Of a DNA stretch of 63,276 nucleotides, positions 45,646 through 54,295 are shown in pieces. Within the stretch, counting starts at the first letter, position 1; each line of letters begins with the position of its first letter. Below the pieces are notes generated by a model. The model saw only the letters and a program-made list of their open reading frames with translations. It was not told where the DNA came from and ran no database searches. The translations under genes and the position numbers were made by a program. This DNA is from a virus. Its lineage: Duplodnaviria; Caudoviricetes. The DNA is taken from IMG/VR virus record IMGVR_UViG_3300032334_002666, positions 1 to 63,276 of that record; one strand, 5' to 3'.

Positions 45646-48600
45646 ATGGCTGAACCAAGGATAAACTTAAATAATTACAAGTCTAGTGGTGTTTACACAG
45701 TTGAAATCGATGCAAGTGAGAACGTAGTTTTACCTCTTACAACTGGTCGTTTGATCGTAGGATCAAGTAGAGTTGGACCCTTTAATACTGTTGTATTGAT
45801 TAATGACATTAGAACTTTACGAGCAGTATTTGGAGAAATCGATCCAAAATTAGAAAAAGCAGGAAGTTACTTCCATAGAACAATTGAGGTTGCTCTAAGA
45901 GAAGGACCAGTATTTGCAATGAATGTATTGCCTTTAGATACTTATATTGCTATTCCTGCATCAAATTTGGACCAGGCTGCATTCACTACATTCAATACTG
46001 AATCTGCTGCAAATAATGATGGTACTAACCAGTATCCAATCGTTGAATTCTTTAATCGTCAGAGATTATGGTTTGCAGACGCAGATAAAGTAAATAAATC
46101 TAAAAACTTAGCATTAGGTGATGATTATATCACTACTCCTGGAGGATTTGGTATAACTACTTCTGCATCAAACAAGGTTCTTTCATTTGCAAACTTAGGA
46201 CAATCTAATATGACTGTATGGGTAAGAAAAGCAAATGTTTCTGGCTTTGATGTTACTGCTACCGAATGGTATGCAAGTGTTGGTGGAGGATCAGTTGAAT
46301 TTCCATCGTTTCTTCACCCAGATGATTTTATCTCTGACTATTTTGTTGAGGTAATCGTAGTTAATGGAGATTGGACAAATTACTTAAAACTTTCAAATGA
46401 CCCGATCTATAAATCCTACTTTGATGCCTCTGGTTTAAAGAGTGCTAATTCAGCAAACTTTTTTGCATTAAGAGAAATCAGAGTAATTAATAGAACAATC
46501 GGATGTTTAATCCCTGATTTTAGAGATCAGAGTGGAGTAACAGTTTCAATTGACAGACTGGTAAACAGAGCATTCCCAACAACTGGATTAATTTGTGCAC
46601 TAGACACTGAAAAATTAGACTTAATTGATCTTACGAATGATACTTTTCTTGATACTGATGTATATACTCATAGAGTTGATATAATTGGTCAAGGTATTGA
46701 TGAACTAGCATACTACGCTGATAATGGAGGTTTTGATAACGTCTATATTGGAGGAATAACACCGACCGGCTTTACTACAAACGGTTTAGGTACAGTATAT
46801 TCTACTGCAACTGGTGTTGCAACCACAAGTGCTGGTGGCGGTACTGGCTTAACGGTAGATATTACTGCTACTCTTGGTGTAATTACTAGTATTGTTGTAA
46901 ATAATCCTGGAACTGGATATGAAGTAGGTGATACTATCACTATCGTTGGAGGTACCATTCCTGAGATTTTAACAGTTACTGCAGTTACATACGCTAACCC
47001 AGCAGTTAATGCAACTCCATTAATTGATACAATAAGTTATTCTAGACCAGTTGATGCTGAATTAGTATTTGAAATGGATAGTACTATAGTAGAAGCTACC
47101 TTTTTATTAGGTACCGGTGTAGCAGTTGGTGATCAATACCTTATCACTGCAGCAACAGACTATATTGTTGCAATGGAAGGAAGTAAGTTATATGAAGCAT
47201 ATACAAAAGGTTTCCTAAAAACTGGAGATACTAGTTCAGACGGTATTAACCCGACTCGTTATTTAAAAGTGGTTGATAATTTAACGGTTCTTACTTTTAA
47301 ATATATCAAAATTGAAGTATACTCAGGAATATCATTGACTTCACAAGTTAATGCTAATGCGTATAACGTATCTGGTTCAGATTACTTTAAAGTTGCCCTA
47401 GCTGACGGTGACGATTTTAGTCACACCTTTGACTTGACGGATACTGCAATATTTGCAAGTTATTCAATTGCTCAGCCTAATGTGTTGACTCTTGAATTAG
47501 ATGGAGCAATCAGTGTACCAAATAAAGCACTAGTTAATAAATATATTAAGCCAAATAGTTATATCAAAGCTGCAACAACTGATGGTAGATCAAGATTATT
47601 AAAAATAGTATCAGTATTTACACCAGATCCTTTACTTGCTCCAGATACTATTAAAGTTACAACAATGGCGCCTTCAGTAGACGAAGTAACTGGATTAGAT
47701 ACTACTGGATTAGAGATTCAAGTGTATATTGGAATTCCTAATTTCGTGACTAACTTAAAAGGTCAAAAATTAGCAGCATTCAAATTAAGAAATGATGTTT
47801 TACCTGATGGTACAGCGGATCGATTAGAAGGAACTGGCGGAATCTTAGATTATCTTTTCACAGATACTTTAATCCCACAAGCACTTTCAAATGGAGAATT
47901 AATTGATTTTAGATATGTAGTCGATTCTTATTCAGGTACAATATCTGCTTCTTCTAAATATCAACTTGCTAAATTAGCTGCAGTAAATGGTCAAGCAATG
48001 GCACTTTTAAATGCTCCATCAATGCAACAATTTGAGAAATCAGTTGACCCTAGCTTTATTGATACTACTAATAAATTGGTATCTACTGAGTTAATCGCAG
48101 CAGGTGGTAATACTACACTGAATCCAAGCTTCCTTTATAAGTTTGCTGAAGAGGATGTTAAAGGAGTTCCATTATCTTCTTATGCATCATATCACTTCCC
48201 TAACCTAATCGTAAGAAGCGGAAGCAAGAATATCTCAGTTCCTCAAGCAGGATATATTTCTAACTTATACGTTAGAAAATTCAAAAATGGTACTCCATTC
48301 TTGATTGTAGCTGGTGGAAAACGTGGAGCTCTTAATGATCCAGAAATAGTCGGATTAGAATATGATCTTACTGATGATGATAGAGATTACTTAGAGCCAG
48401 CTGGATTTAACTTAACAGTTAAGCGTAGAGGATTTGGAATTATCTTGTTCTCTAATAACACTGCATACCAAAGAATTAATTCAGCTCTTAATAATGCTCA
48501 CGTTAGAGATAACTTATCTACTATTGAGAGAGACCTTGAGAAAATCTTATTTAACTTCTTGTTTGATTTCAATGATGAGATTACAAGATTAAGAGTAAGA

Positions 48601-48834
48601 ACAATTGTTGAAAACTACTTAAACGCTGTAGTTAATGCAAAAGGAGTTTCTACATATGAAGTAATATTTGATAGTTCAAATAATACAAATGAAGTAATTT
48701 CTGCAAATGCAGCAATTATAGATATTCGAGTAGATTTCCCAAGAGGAATTCAAAAATTCATCAACCGAATTACTATTACAAGAGTAGGAGGATCGTTGAG
48801 TTCAGATGCTACTGGATTTATTCCAAGTTTCTAA
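45646..48834 (+). CDS. Tail sheath protein (gp18-like)
   Basis: SSGVYTVEID, GPFN..VLI, VFG, C-terminal HVR and FDFNDEITR...DSSNNT motifs. Confidence 0.92.
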   Translation: MAEPRINLNNYKSSGVYTVEIDASENVVLPLTTGRLIVGSSRVGPFNTVVLINDIRTLRAVFGEIDPKLEKAGSYFHRTIEVALREGPVFAMNVLPLDTYIAIPASNLDQAAFTTFNTESAANNDGTNQYPIVEFFNRQRLWFADADKVNKSKNLALGDDYITTPGGFGITTSASNKVLSFANLGQSNMTVWVRKANVSGFDVTATEWYASVGGGSVEFPSFLHPDDFISDYFVEVIVVNGDWTNYLKLSNDPIYKSYFDASGLKSANSANFFALREIRVINRTIGCLIPDFRDQSGVTVSIDRLVNRAFPTTGLICALDTEKLDLIDLTNDTFLDTDVYTHRVDIIGQGIDELAYYADNGGFDNVYIGGITPTGFTTNGLGTVYSTATGVATTSAGGGTGLTVDITATLGVITSIVVNNPGTGYEVGDTITIVGGTIPEILTVTAVTYANPAVNATPLIDTISYSRPVDAELVFEMDSTIVEATFLLGTGVAVGDQYLITAATDYIVAMEGSKLYEAYTKGFLKTGDTSSDGINPTRYLKVVDNLTVLTFKYIKIEVYSGISLTSQVNANAYNVSGSDYFKVALADGDDFSHTFDLTDTAIFASYSIAQPNVLTLELDGAISVPNKALVNKYIKPNSYIKAATTDGRSRLLKIVSVFTPDPLLAPDTIKVTTMAPSVDEVTGLDTTGLEIQVYIGIPNFVTNLKGQKLAAFKLRNDVLPDGTADRLEGTGGILDYLFTDTLIPQALSNGELIDFRYVVDSYSGTISASSKYQLAKLAAVNGQAMALLNAPSMQQFEKSVDPSFIDTTNKLVSTELIAAGGNTTLNPSFLYKFAEEDVKGVPLSSYASYHFPNLIVRSGSKNISVPQAGYISNLYVRKFKNGTPFLIVAGGKRGALNDPEIVGLEYDLTDDDRDYLEPAGFNLTVKRRGFGIILFSNNTAYQRINSALNNAHVRDNLSTIERDLEKILFNFLFDFNDEITRLRVRTIVENYLNAVVNAKGVSTYEVIFDSSNNTNEVISANAAIIDIRVDFPRGIQKFINRITITRVGGSLSSDATGFIPSF

Positions 48835-48853
48835 GAATAAAGAACAATTATAG

Positions 48854-48881
48854 AAAAAGAGATCTTCGGATCTCTTTTTTT
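48854..48881 (+). terminator. Rho-independent terminator with a UUCG tetraloop
   Basis: AAAAAGAGATC-TTCG-GATCTCTTTTTTT. Confidence 0.9.
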
Positions 48882-48887
48882 GGTTTG

Positions 48888-48895
48888 ATAAATAA
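48888..48895 (+). promoter_or_regulatory. Class A (late) promoter ATAAATAA
   Basis: 15 nt before the ATG at 48911. Confidence 0.6.
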
Positions 48896-48910
48896 TAAAA
48901 AATAAAGAGT

Positions 48911-49519
48911 ATGAGTTATACTAGAGAACAGGTTGAATCTGCCGTAAAAGCAAAAGGATACGTATGGTTTGAGGATGCATCTAATAAATCGTATGATGTA
49001 AATATTGTAGGTGTGAGAAACACAGCACCGTCGGTTTATAAAAAAGTGACTAATGTTTTTGATGATCACCTTACTATATCATTTAAAGATGAAAAGGGAG
49101 TTCAGCAATATTATTGTTGGCTGGCAACATGTGATCCTGGTAAAAAAGGAGTTCAGCAATTCCATAATAAGAATGGTGTTGCAAGATTAGTACCAGGTCA
49201 GTACAGAGGAGTATGGAAAATTGATTTACATCAAGGAAAGTACGAAGCCCTATGCCAAAGAAATGGTAATGTTACTGTTTGGAGAGATGCAAATAAAGAT
49301 CTTATTTTTGAAGAGAATAAAACTGATACTGGAATGTTTGGTATCAATATCCACAAAGCTGGGCAAGATTCTACTTGGGTAGAAAACTGGTCAGAAGGAT
49401 GTCAAGTATTTAAAAGAGTAAAAGATTTTGATGCTTTCGTAGTTATCTGTAAAAAGGCAGCTAAGATCCATGGAAATAAATTTAGTTATACGCTATTGGA
49501 GTCAACTGATATAAAATAA
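48911..49519 (+). CDS. L,D-transpeptidase (YkuD)-like cysteine peptidase; candidate endolysin
   Basis: LVPGQY and GINIH...WSEGCQV His/Cys motif; own late promoter. Confidence 0.6.
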   Translation: MSYTREQVESAVKAKGYVWFEDASNKSYDVNIVGVRNTAPSVYKKVTNVFDDHLTISFKDEKGVQQYYCWLATCDPGKKGVQQFHNKNGVARLVPGQYRGVWKIDLHQGKYEALCQRNGNVTVWRDANKDLIFEENKTDTGMFGINIHKAGQDSTWVENWSEGCQVFKRVKDFDAFVVICKKAAKIHGNKFSYTLLESTDIK

Positions 49520-49546
49520 AAAAGAGGAGCTAAATGCTCCTCTTTT
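49518..49546. terminator. Bidirectional terminator
   Basis: AAAAAAGAGGAGC-TAAAT-GCTCCTCTTTT. Confidence 0.85.
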
Positions 49547-49549
49547 GTT

Positions 49550-49849
49550 TTATTCAAATTCCTCTAGGGAAATATCGTCAATATCATCGAGTATTCCGAT
49601 AATTTCATTTGCCATAATAACATAGTGCTTTTCTCCTTTGTACATTAGCTCTAATCCAGCATAACGATTAAATAAGATTTGATCACCAGGTTTAACTAGC
49701 ATTTCATTATTTTTGGTCCCAGTACCAGCATTGACTACAACACCGACATTTGGTTTTTTTATAGCTTTTTCAGGAAGCATGATTCCTTGACTCGTACGAG
49801 TCTCTTTGTGCCTAGGTTTAACTAGGACTCTTTCATATAGAGGTGTCAT
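49550..49849 (-). CDS. groES: Co-chaperonin GroES
   Basis: PLYERVLV, GIMLP, GVVVNAG.G and VKPGD motifs. Confidence 0.92.
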   Translation of the reverse strand: MTPLYERVLVKPRHKETRTSQGIMLPEKAIKKPNVGVVVNAGTGTKNNEMLVKPGDQILFNRYAGLELMYKGEKHYVIMANEIIGILDDIDDISLEEFE

Positions 49850-50985
49850 AGTACTGATAAATTATTTTTTAAATTTGTAAATTCTCTAGGATTATAAGCA
49901 GTCATTCGATATGACTCAAAGAATTCAATTAGGGCATCTCTGATTTCATCAGGAAATACTTTAATTGAGAGACGAGTTAGCTTAAGGTTAAACAATAAGT
50001 GCTCTCTAATCTCATCTATTTTATCCTGATCCTTGATCTTATTAACTATTTGAATTTCTGAAACAATGCTGGAAATTACCTCTTCATTCAAGTCATCTAG
50101 TTGAGAGATAATTTGATCTCCAAACTTTTCATGAACTGCAGAGATTACTTTTTTAGCTTTAGTTGGTGAAACACTTGTTATCTTTGGAATATTATCTGAC
50201 TTGTCGCCTAATAATATTTTACTTAATACTTCATCAACAAAATCTACTTTGTACTCTACATAATCTTTGTTGATTAGATTAGAGATAGTTTTTTCAATTG
50301 TTGCTCCAGTGATATGATCGTCGCTTAGTGAGAAAAAGTTATCTATTTCTTCGTTAGCAGCGGTAGGAATTAATTGGGATGGGACAAAAAGTCTCTTGGT
50401 TTTAGCCATTTGCTTAGGCGTAATCACAAGTACATTTTTATCAGTAATCCCAGTAGTCTGTTTAATATCTTGGTCTACTGTGTAGATCAAGATGTCACAT
50501 TTTAAAACATCGCATAGGTATGCAATGATATCGTCACCTTCAGTACCTTTAAATTTATATTGGTTAATTCCAGACCTGGCAACAAGTGGTGCCATAATTA
50601 CATTCTGAAAATAATCAAAGAAAAGGTATTGATGATCGTCGTATTTACGAGTTCCTTTGTATTTAAACTCAGTAGGAGCAGAAGTAGTCTTAAAATCTGA
50701 ATTCTTAAAGAATTCATTAGTGTACTCTTTTCTCCAACTTGCTGAATCAAAAACAATGTGGACTTTTTCCGGATTAGACGAAATGGGGGCAATTAAAGAA
50801 TTTAGGTAAGTAAAACAAAAATTTCTAAATGTTATTCTTACGTGATCCTTTAATATAAATCCTCCATCATTAAATAAGTCATTAACATAATAAGCATCAC
50901 CAGTTCTTTTATCCTTGAAGGACAACGACTTAGTGACGCTTATTGCGACATTAATAAAAGCGTTACCGTCTATAATTAAGTCCAT
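49846..50985 (-). CDS. 5'-3' exonuclease/flap endonuclease (T4 RNase H-like)
   Basis: IIDG, VFD, YKGTR, EGDD, DQD and GDKSDNIP motifs. Confidence 0.88.
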   Translation of the reverse strand: MDLIIDGNAFINVAISVTKSLSFKDKRTGDAYYVNDLFNDGGFILKDHVRITFRNFCFTYLNSLIAPISSNPEKVHIVFDSASWRKEYTNEFFKNSDFKTTSAPTEFKYKGTRKYDDHQYLFFDYFQNVIMAPLVARSGINQYKFKGTEGDDIIAYLCDVLKCDILIYTVDQDIKQTTGITDKNVLVITPKQMAKTKRLFVPSQLIPTAANEEIDNFFSLSDDHITGATIEKTISNLINKDYVEYKVDFVDEVLSKILLGDKSDNIPKITSVSPTKAKKVISAVHEKFGDQIISQLDDLNEEVISSIVSEIQIVNKIKDQDKIDEIREHLLFNLKLTRLSIKVFPDEIRDALIEFFESYRMTAYNPREFTNLKNNLSVL

Positions 50986-50993
50986 GTTAACTT

Positions 50994-51284
50994 TTATTTT
51001 TGAGGTTCAGTGTCAGTTTTTTCGCTAGTCTTACGAATTGATCGAATTGCAGCAGAAAGAGTTTCAGATTCTAATAGATTGAATGCTCCTTTAGCTTGAG
51101 AATAATTAGCAGATGCGATTAGAACAAATAGAGCTTGACTAATATTCATTTTAGTTATAAACTCTTCATATGCGTTATCATCAGCGTATGTAATTGTCCC
51201 AAACAGGATATTTTGCTGAGCCTGTTCTCCTTGCTGGATATTCTCTTTTTCAAGAGAAACTTGAGCTTCTTTATTTTCTTCCAT
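50994..51284 (-). CDS. Hypothetical protein
   Basis: 96-aa ORF in the operon. Confidence 0.7.
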   Translation of the reverse strand: MEENKEAQVSLEKENIQQGEQAQQNILFGTITYADDNAYEEFITKMNISQALFVLIASANYSQAKGAFNLLESETLSAAIRSIRKTSEKTDTEPQK

Positions 51285-51301
51285 AATTGATACGAATTAT
51301 T

Positions 51302-52318
51302 TTATAAGTTTGAGAATAGTGAATCATATTCATCGTCTTCAGAACCAGCAGTGGTCGATTCTGCCGGAGACTCAGTAACAGATGATGCAGGGGTACTTGC
51401 AAACTCTAGATCATCATTGACGCTTGCTTTTGGAGCATTTGATTTTCCAGGTTTCATTTTAGAACGAATTAATTCATTCATTTTAGTATCCTTACTTCTT
51501 TCAAGAATCATCTCAAGAACTTCTCTTTGAGGAACCGCTGCAACTATTGCCTCAGCTACTTTAGTGAAGGTCTCTTCTGTCCAATCTTGGTGAAAGTATT
51601 CATCCATTTTTGGAGTATTCTTTGTCATGAACTCGGTTACAAGCTTAATTGATTTTTCATCATTTTTGACCTGTACTTGAGTATCACCAATTTTAAATAC
51701 TAATGGAGTAACTTCATCCATGAACTTACATTTAGCCCAGTCTCTAAACTCTTTGGTTTTCTTACCGACTACACAAAGTAAATCTTTTCCTTCAAGTAAG
51801 TGATAAGGATTTACTTTTTTGCTTGTTGAGAATCCATCTAATTCTTCAGGATTTACCAATTGGTCGATTAACATACCAATTTGATTTCTGAATTTAAAGA
51901 TTTTAATAGTCCCTTCAAGATCAGGTCTTTGTGGATCCTTCTTGATGTAAACGGCTGAGTGATTAGTACTCCATCGTGAGAAGTTTTTACCAATTTCTTC
52001 AGCAATTTCAGGTTCTTCTTTTTTCAAAGATCTTAAAACTGATTCCATTGTCCATAAGATTGAAGGTTTTTCAACATTCGATGGACAGTCAATAATCAAG
52101 GATTCCTTAGTTAAAGGATTCCAAAATTTAGCAGTGTACTTAGTGTACTTGCTTTTTGTTTTGTCAAACACATAAGGGATAAATCTAAATACTGATTTAT
52201 ACGAACCATTGTGCGCATTTGGATCCGGGTCATAAACGTTCGGATCTACTTTTTTACCGCCACCAGCTTGAGGCTTTCTTGAAAAGTTCTCTTCTGGTAA
52301 ATCAAAAAAATCTGTCAT
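51302..52318 (-). CDS. Single-stranded DNA-binding protein (T4 gp32-like)
   Basis: VFRFIP, KDPQRPDLEG.IKIFKF, NPYHLLEG and an acidic C-terminal tail. Confidence 0.85.
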   Translation of the reverse strand: MTDFFDLPEENFSRKPQAGGGKKVDPNVYDPDPNAHNGSYKSVFRFIPYVFDKTKSKYTKYTAKFWNPLTKESLIIDCPSNVEKPSILWTMESVLRSLKKEEPEIAEEIGKNFSRWSTNHSAVYIKKDPQRPDLEGTIKIFKFRNQIGMLIDQLVNPEELDGFSTSKKVNPYHLLEGKDLLCVVGKKTKEFRDWAKCKFMDEVTPLVFKIGDTQVQVKNDEKSIKLVTEFMTKNTPKMDEYFHQDWTEETFTKVAEAIVAAVPQREVLEMILERSKDTKMNELIRSKMKPGKSNAPKASVNDDLEFASTPASSVTESPAESTTAGSEDDEYDSLFSNL

Positions 52319-52342
52319 AATTTTTGTTGTTATTTTTATAGT

Positions 52343-52370
52343 CTTGTACTACATATATTACTAAAGTTTT
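52343..52370 (-). promoter_or_regulatory. Class B promoter AAAACTTT-N14-TACAAG
   Basis: Shared motif, 24 nt before the ATG at 52318. Confidence 0.55.
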
Positions 52371-52378
52371 AAGAAAAC

Positions 52379-52407
52379 AAAAAAAAAGCCTCAAAAAGAG
52401 GCTTTTT
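52379..52407 (-). terminator. Rho-independent terminator
   Basis: GCCTC/GAGGC stem followed by T9 on the minus strand. Confidence 0.75.
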
Positions 52408-52433
52408 CATAGTTTAAAGGTAGAGGGTAATTC

Positions 52434-52703
52434 TTATTTTGCTGAGATCTCGTCAGTTAATGTTTGACGAAGATTCTTTGCACCTTCTTGAAGCTTAGTC
52501 ATTTCAGCTTTAATTGCAGGATGCTTAATTGCTTTACGGATCTCTTGCATTTTCTTTTTAAGTCTGTTACCAGCGCTTTTTACACCTTTTCCGTAATATT
52601 TATCAGCATCTTCTTCTGCTGTTGAAATAAGAGAAATAATTGGATCAAAGATTGCAGCTTGAACAGAGGCAATTTCAGCTTTTAGTTTTTCAAAATCGTT
52701 CAT
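52434..52703 (-). CDS. Hc1/histone-H1-like small DNA-binding protein
   Basis: DADKYYGKGVKSAGNRLKK matches the Hc1-like G.K.AG.R.RK motif. Confidence 0.7.
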   Translation of the reverse strand: MNDFEKLKAEIASVQAAIFDPIISLISTAEEDADKYYGKGVKSAGNRLKKKMQEIRKAIKHPAIKAEMTKLQEGAKNLRQTLTDEISAK

Positions 52704-52722
52704 ATTTAATACTTTTTATAGT

Positions 52723-52750
52723 TTTTTACTAAAAAATATGAAGTGGTTTT
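52723..52750 (-). promoter_or_regulatory. Class B promoter variant AAAACCAC-N14-TAAAAA
   Basis: 19 nt before the ATG at 52703. Confidence 0.4.
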
Positions 52751-53499
52751 TAAATTGAGGTAACTATATGGTCTACCTTATTTGAAAAAGTAGCATCTGG
52801 ATACTGTTCTAGTGCTTGAGTAACCCATACTTTCATTACATGACTATATTCATCTTGACTAATATATCCAGATTGAATAAATGGAATTAGATAATTATCA
52901 AATACTTGGTCCAATGGAATATTTTGGGCTTGTGAGCTTGCATACATTCCTTCAACCATTGATTCTATTTCATCGCTTAATAGGAAATATTTATAGCTCT
53001 TTTTAGCACTATGTCTCTTCATTTTATCACTCACATGAGAATTAAAAGGATTTCGATTAAGACCTAATTGATCTAGATGATTAGTTTCATGAGTAAGGAT
53101 ATCTAATAATCGATAATATAATTTACTATATAGTATCGGTTCCTCCTTTGGATTTAAGATAATATGAAATGTGATTTTAGGTACTTTTAATTTTGATTTA
53201 CTCATTTTGGTATTAGCATCAATGCAGTACCCTAAGCGGTCAAAATTTATTTTTTCCCAAGGAAGACCTTTAAAGTGGCTATCTTGCTCAAGATCAGGTG
53301 ATCCATCTGCTCTAACATTTAGAATCAGGTCAAATATAAATGGTTCTGTAAATTCCATTCCAGAAAAAATAGTATATTGTGTACTCTCATCTAGATAGGA
53401 AGTACGTAATTTCTCAATCAGTGTTTGAGAAAGATCTTTAATAAATTGGGATTTTTGATCCATGCTCTCGTTTATAAATTCGATAAATGACTTAATCAT
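52750..53499 (-). CDS. Putative internal head protein with an HExxH metallopeptidase motif
   Basis: MIKSFIEFINE CTS-like start; THETNH followed by DEIES. Confidence 0.65.
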   Translation of the reverse strand: MIKSFIEFINESMDQKSQFIKDLSQTLIEKLRTSYLDESTQYTIFSGMEFTEPFIFDLILNVRADGSPDLEQDSHFKGLPWEKINFDRLGYCIDANTKMSKSKLKVPKITFHIILNPKEEPILYSKLYYRLLDILTHETNHLDQLGLNRNPFNSHVSDKMKRHSAKKSYKYFLLSDEIESMVEGMYASSQAQNIPLDQVFDNYLIPFIQSGYISQDEYSHVMKVWVTQALEQYPDATFSNKVDHIVTSI

Positions 53500-53990
53500 T
53501 ACTTTTTATGTTTTATGAAGGTGACGTCGATGTCTTCAGTAGTAGGTGTATTATTTGAAAAAACAACTGTGACGTCTGGTAGCTGCTTAGCTATAATATT
53601 TGAAGCAGATGCATTTTTTAGCTTTTCAATAAATGGTAAATCTTCGCTTGAGATATTTACACGGTCGCCTTTAACAATGTCAATTAGACTTTTTTGACGA
53701 ACTTCAATTTCAGGTCCAGTTAACTTTTTCTTATCTGAATCTATTATATTTTCTTGAGCCCAAGTCTTTAGTTTTTCTGCATCAATTGAATAACATGGAT
53801 ATTCAACAACTACACTACCATCTGGGTATTTACGACGACTGTTTCCAATATCATCATGTCCAGTCATAAATAGAAATTTATATTCAATTGCCTTCTTTAC
53901 TGGCGCAGCTGGTGCGCCTGGCATAGGAGGCATTCCCATGTCCTGTTCAATAATAAATTCTGAATACTTACGGATATGTTTATTTTTCAT
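53499..53990 (-). CDS. Putative internal head protein
   Basis: IRKYSEFIIE CTS-like start. Confidence 0.65.
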   Translation of the reverse strand: MKNKHIRKYSEFIIEQDMGMPPMPGAPAAPVKKAIEYKFLFMTGHDDIGNSRRKYPDGSVVVEYPCYSIDAEKLKTWAQENIIDSDKKKLTGPEIEVRQKSLIDIVKGDRVNISSEDLPFIEKLKNASASNIIAKQLPDVTVVFSNNTPTTEDIDVTFIKHKK

Positions 53991-54213
53991 CTTTATTAGA
54001 GTCTTTCTTTTTTTCTATGATGATTCCGTCTCGCTGGTTCCACATGTTTTTATTAACACGTATGTCACCATATTTACTATCAAGAACAATCGCACCGTCA
54101 TTAACTTTCTTTACCGTAAATCGAGTAGCTGCGTATCTAACTAAATCACCTTTTTCAATAGATTCAAATTCATGATCTTTACTTTCATTTATAAATTGAT
54201 TGAAATTAAGCAT
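53980..54213 (-). CDS. Putative internal head protein with an SH3/KOW-like fold
   Basis: MLNFNQFINE start; IEKGDLVRY...FTVKKV. Confidence 0.65.
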   Translation of the reverse strand: MLNFNQFINESKDHEFESIEKGDLVRYAATRFTVKKVNDGAIVLDSKYGDIRVNKNMWNQRDGIIIEKKKDSNKDEK

Positions 54214-54229
54214 GAAAAAATATTTTTTA

Positions 54230-54237
54230 TTATTTAT
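54230..54237 (-). promoter_or_regulatory. Class A (late) promoter ATAAATAA on the minus strand
   Basis: 16 nt before the ATG at 54213. Confidence 0.6.
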
Positions 54238-54243
54238 CTAAAC

Positions 54244-54273
54244 AAAAAAGCAGCAAAAGTAATTTGCTGCTTT
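54244..54273 (-). terminator. Rho-independent terminator after nrdA
   Basis: GCAGCAAA/TTTGCTGC stem with T6 on the minus strand. Confidence 0.8.
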
Positions 54274-54295
54274 GATATTTATTTTAATTTTGATT

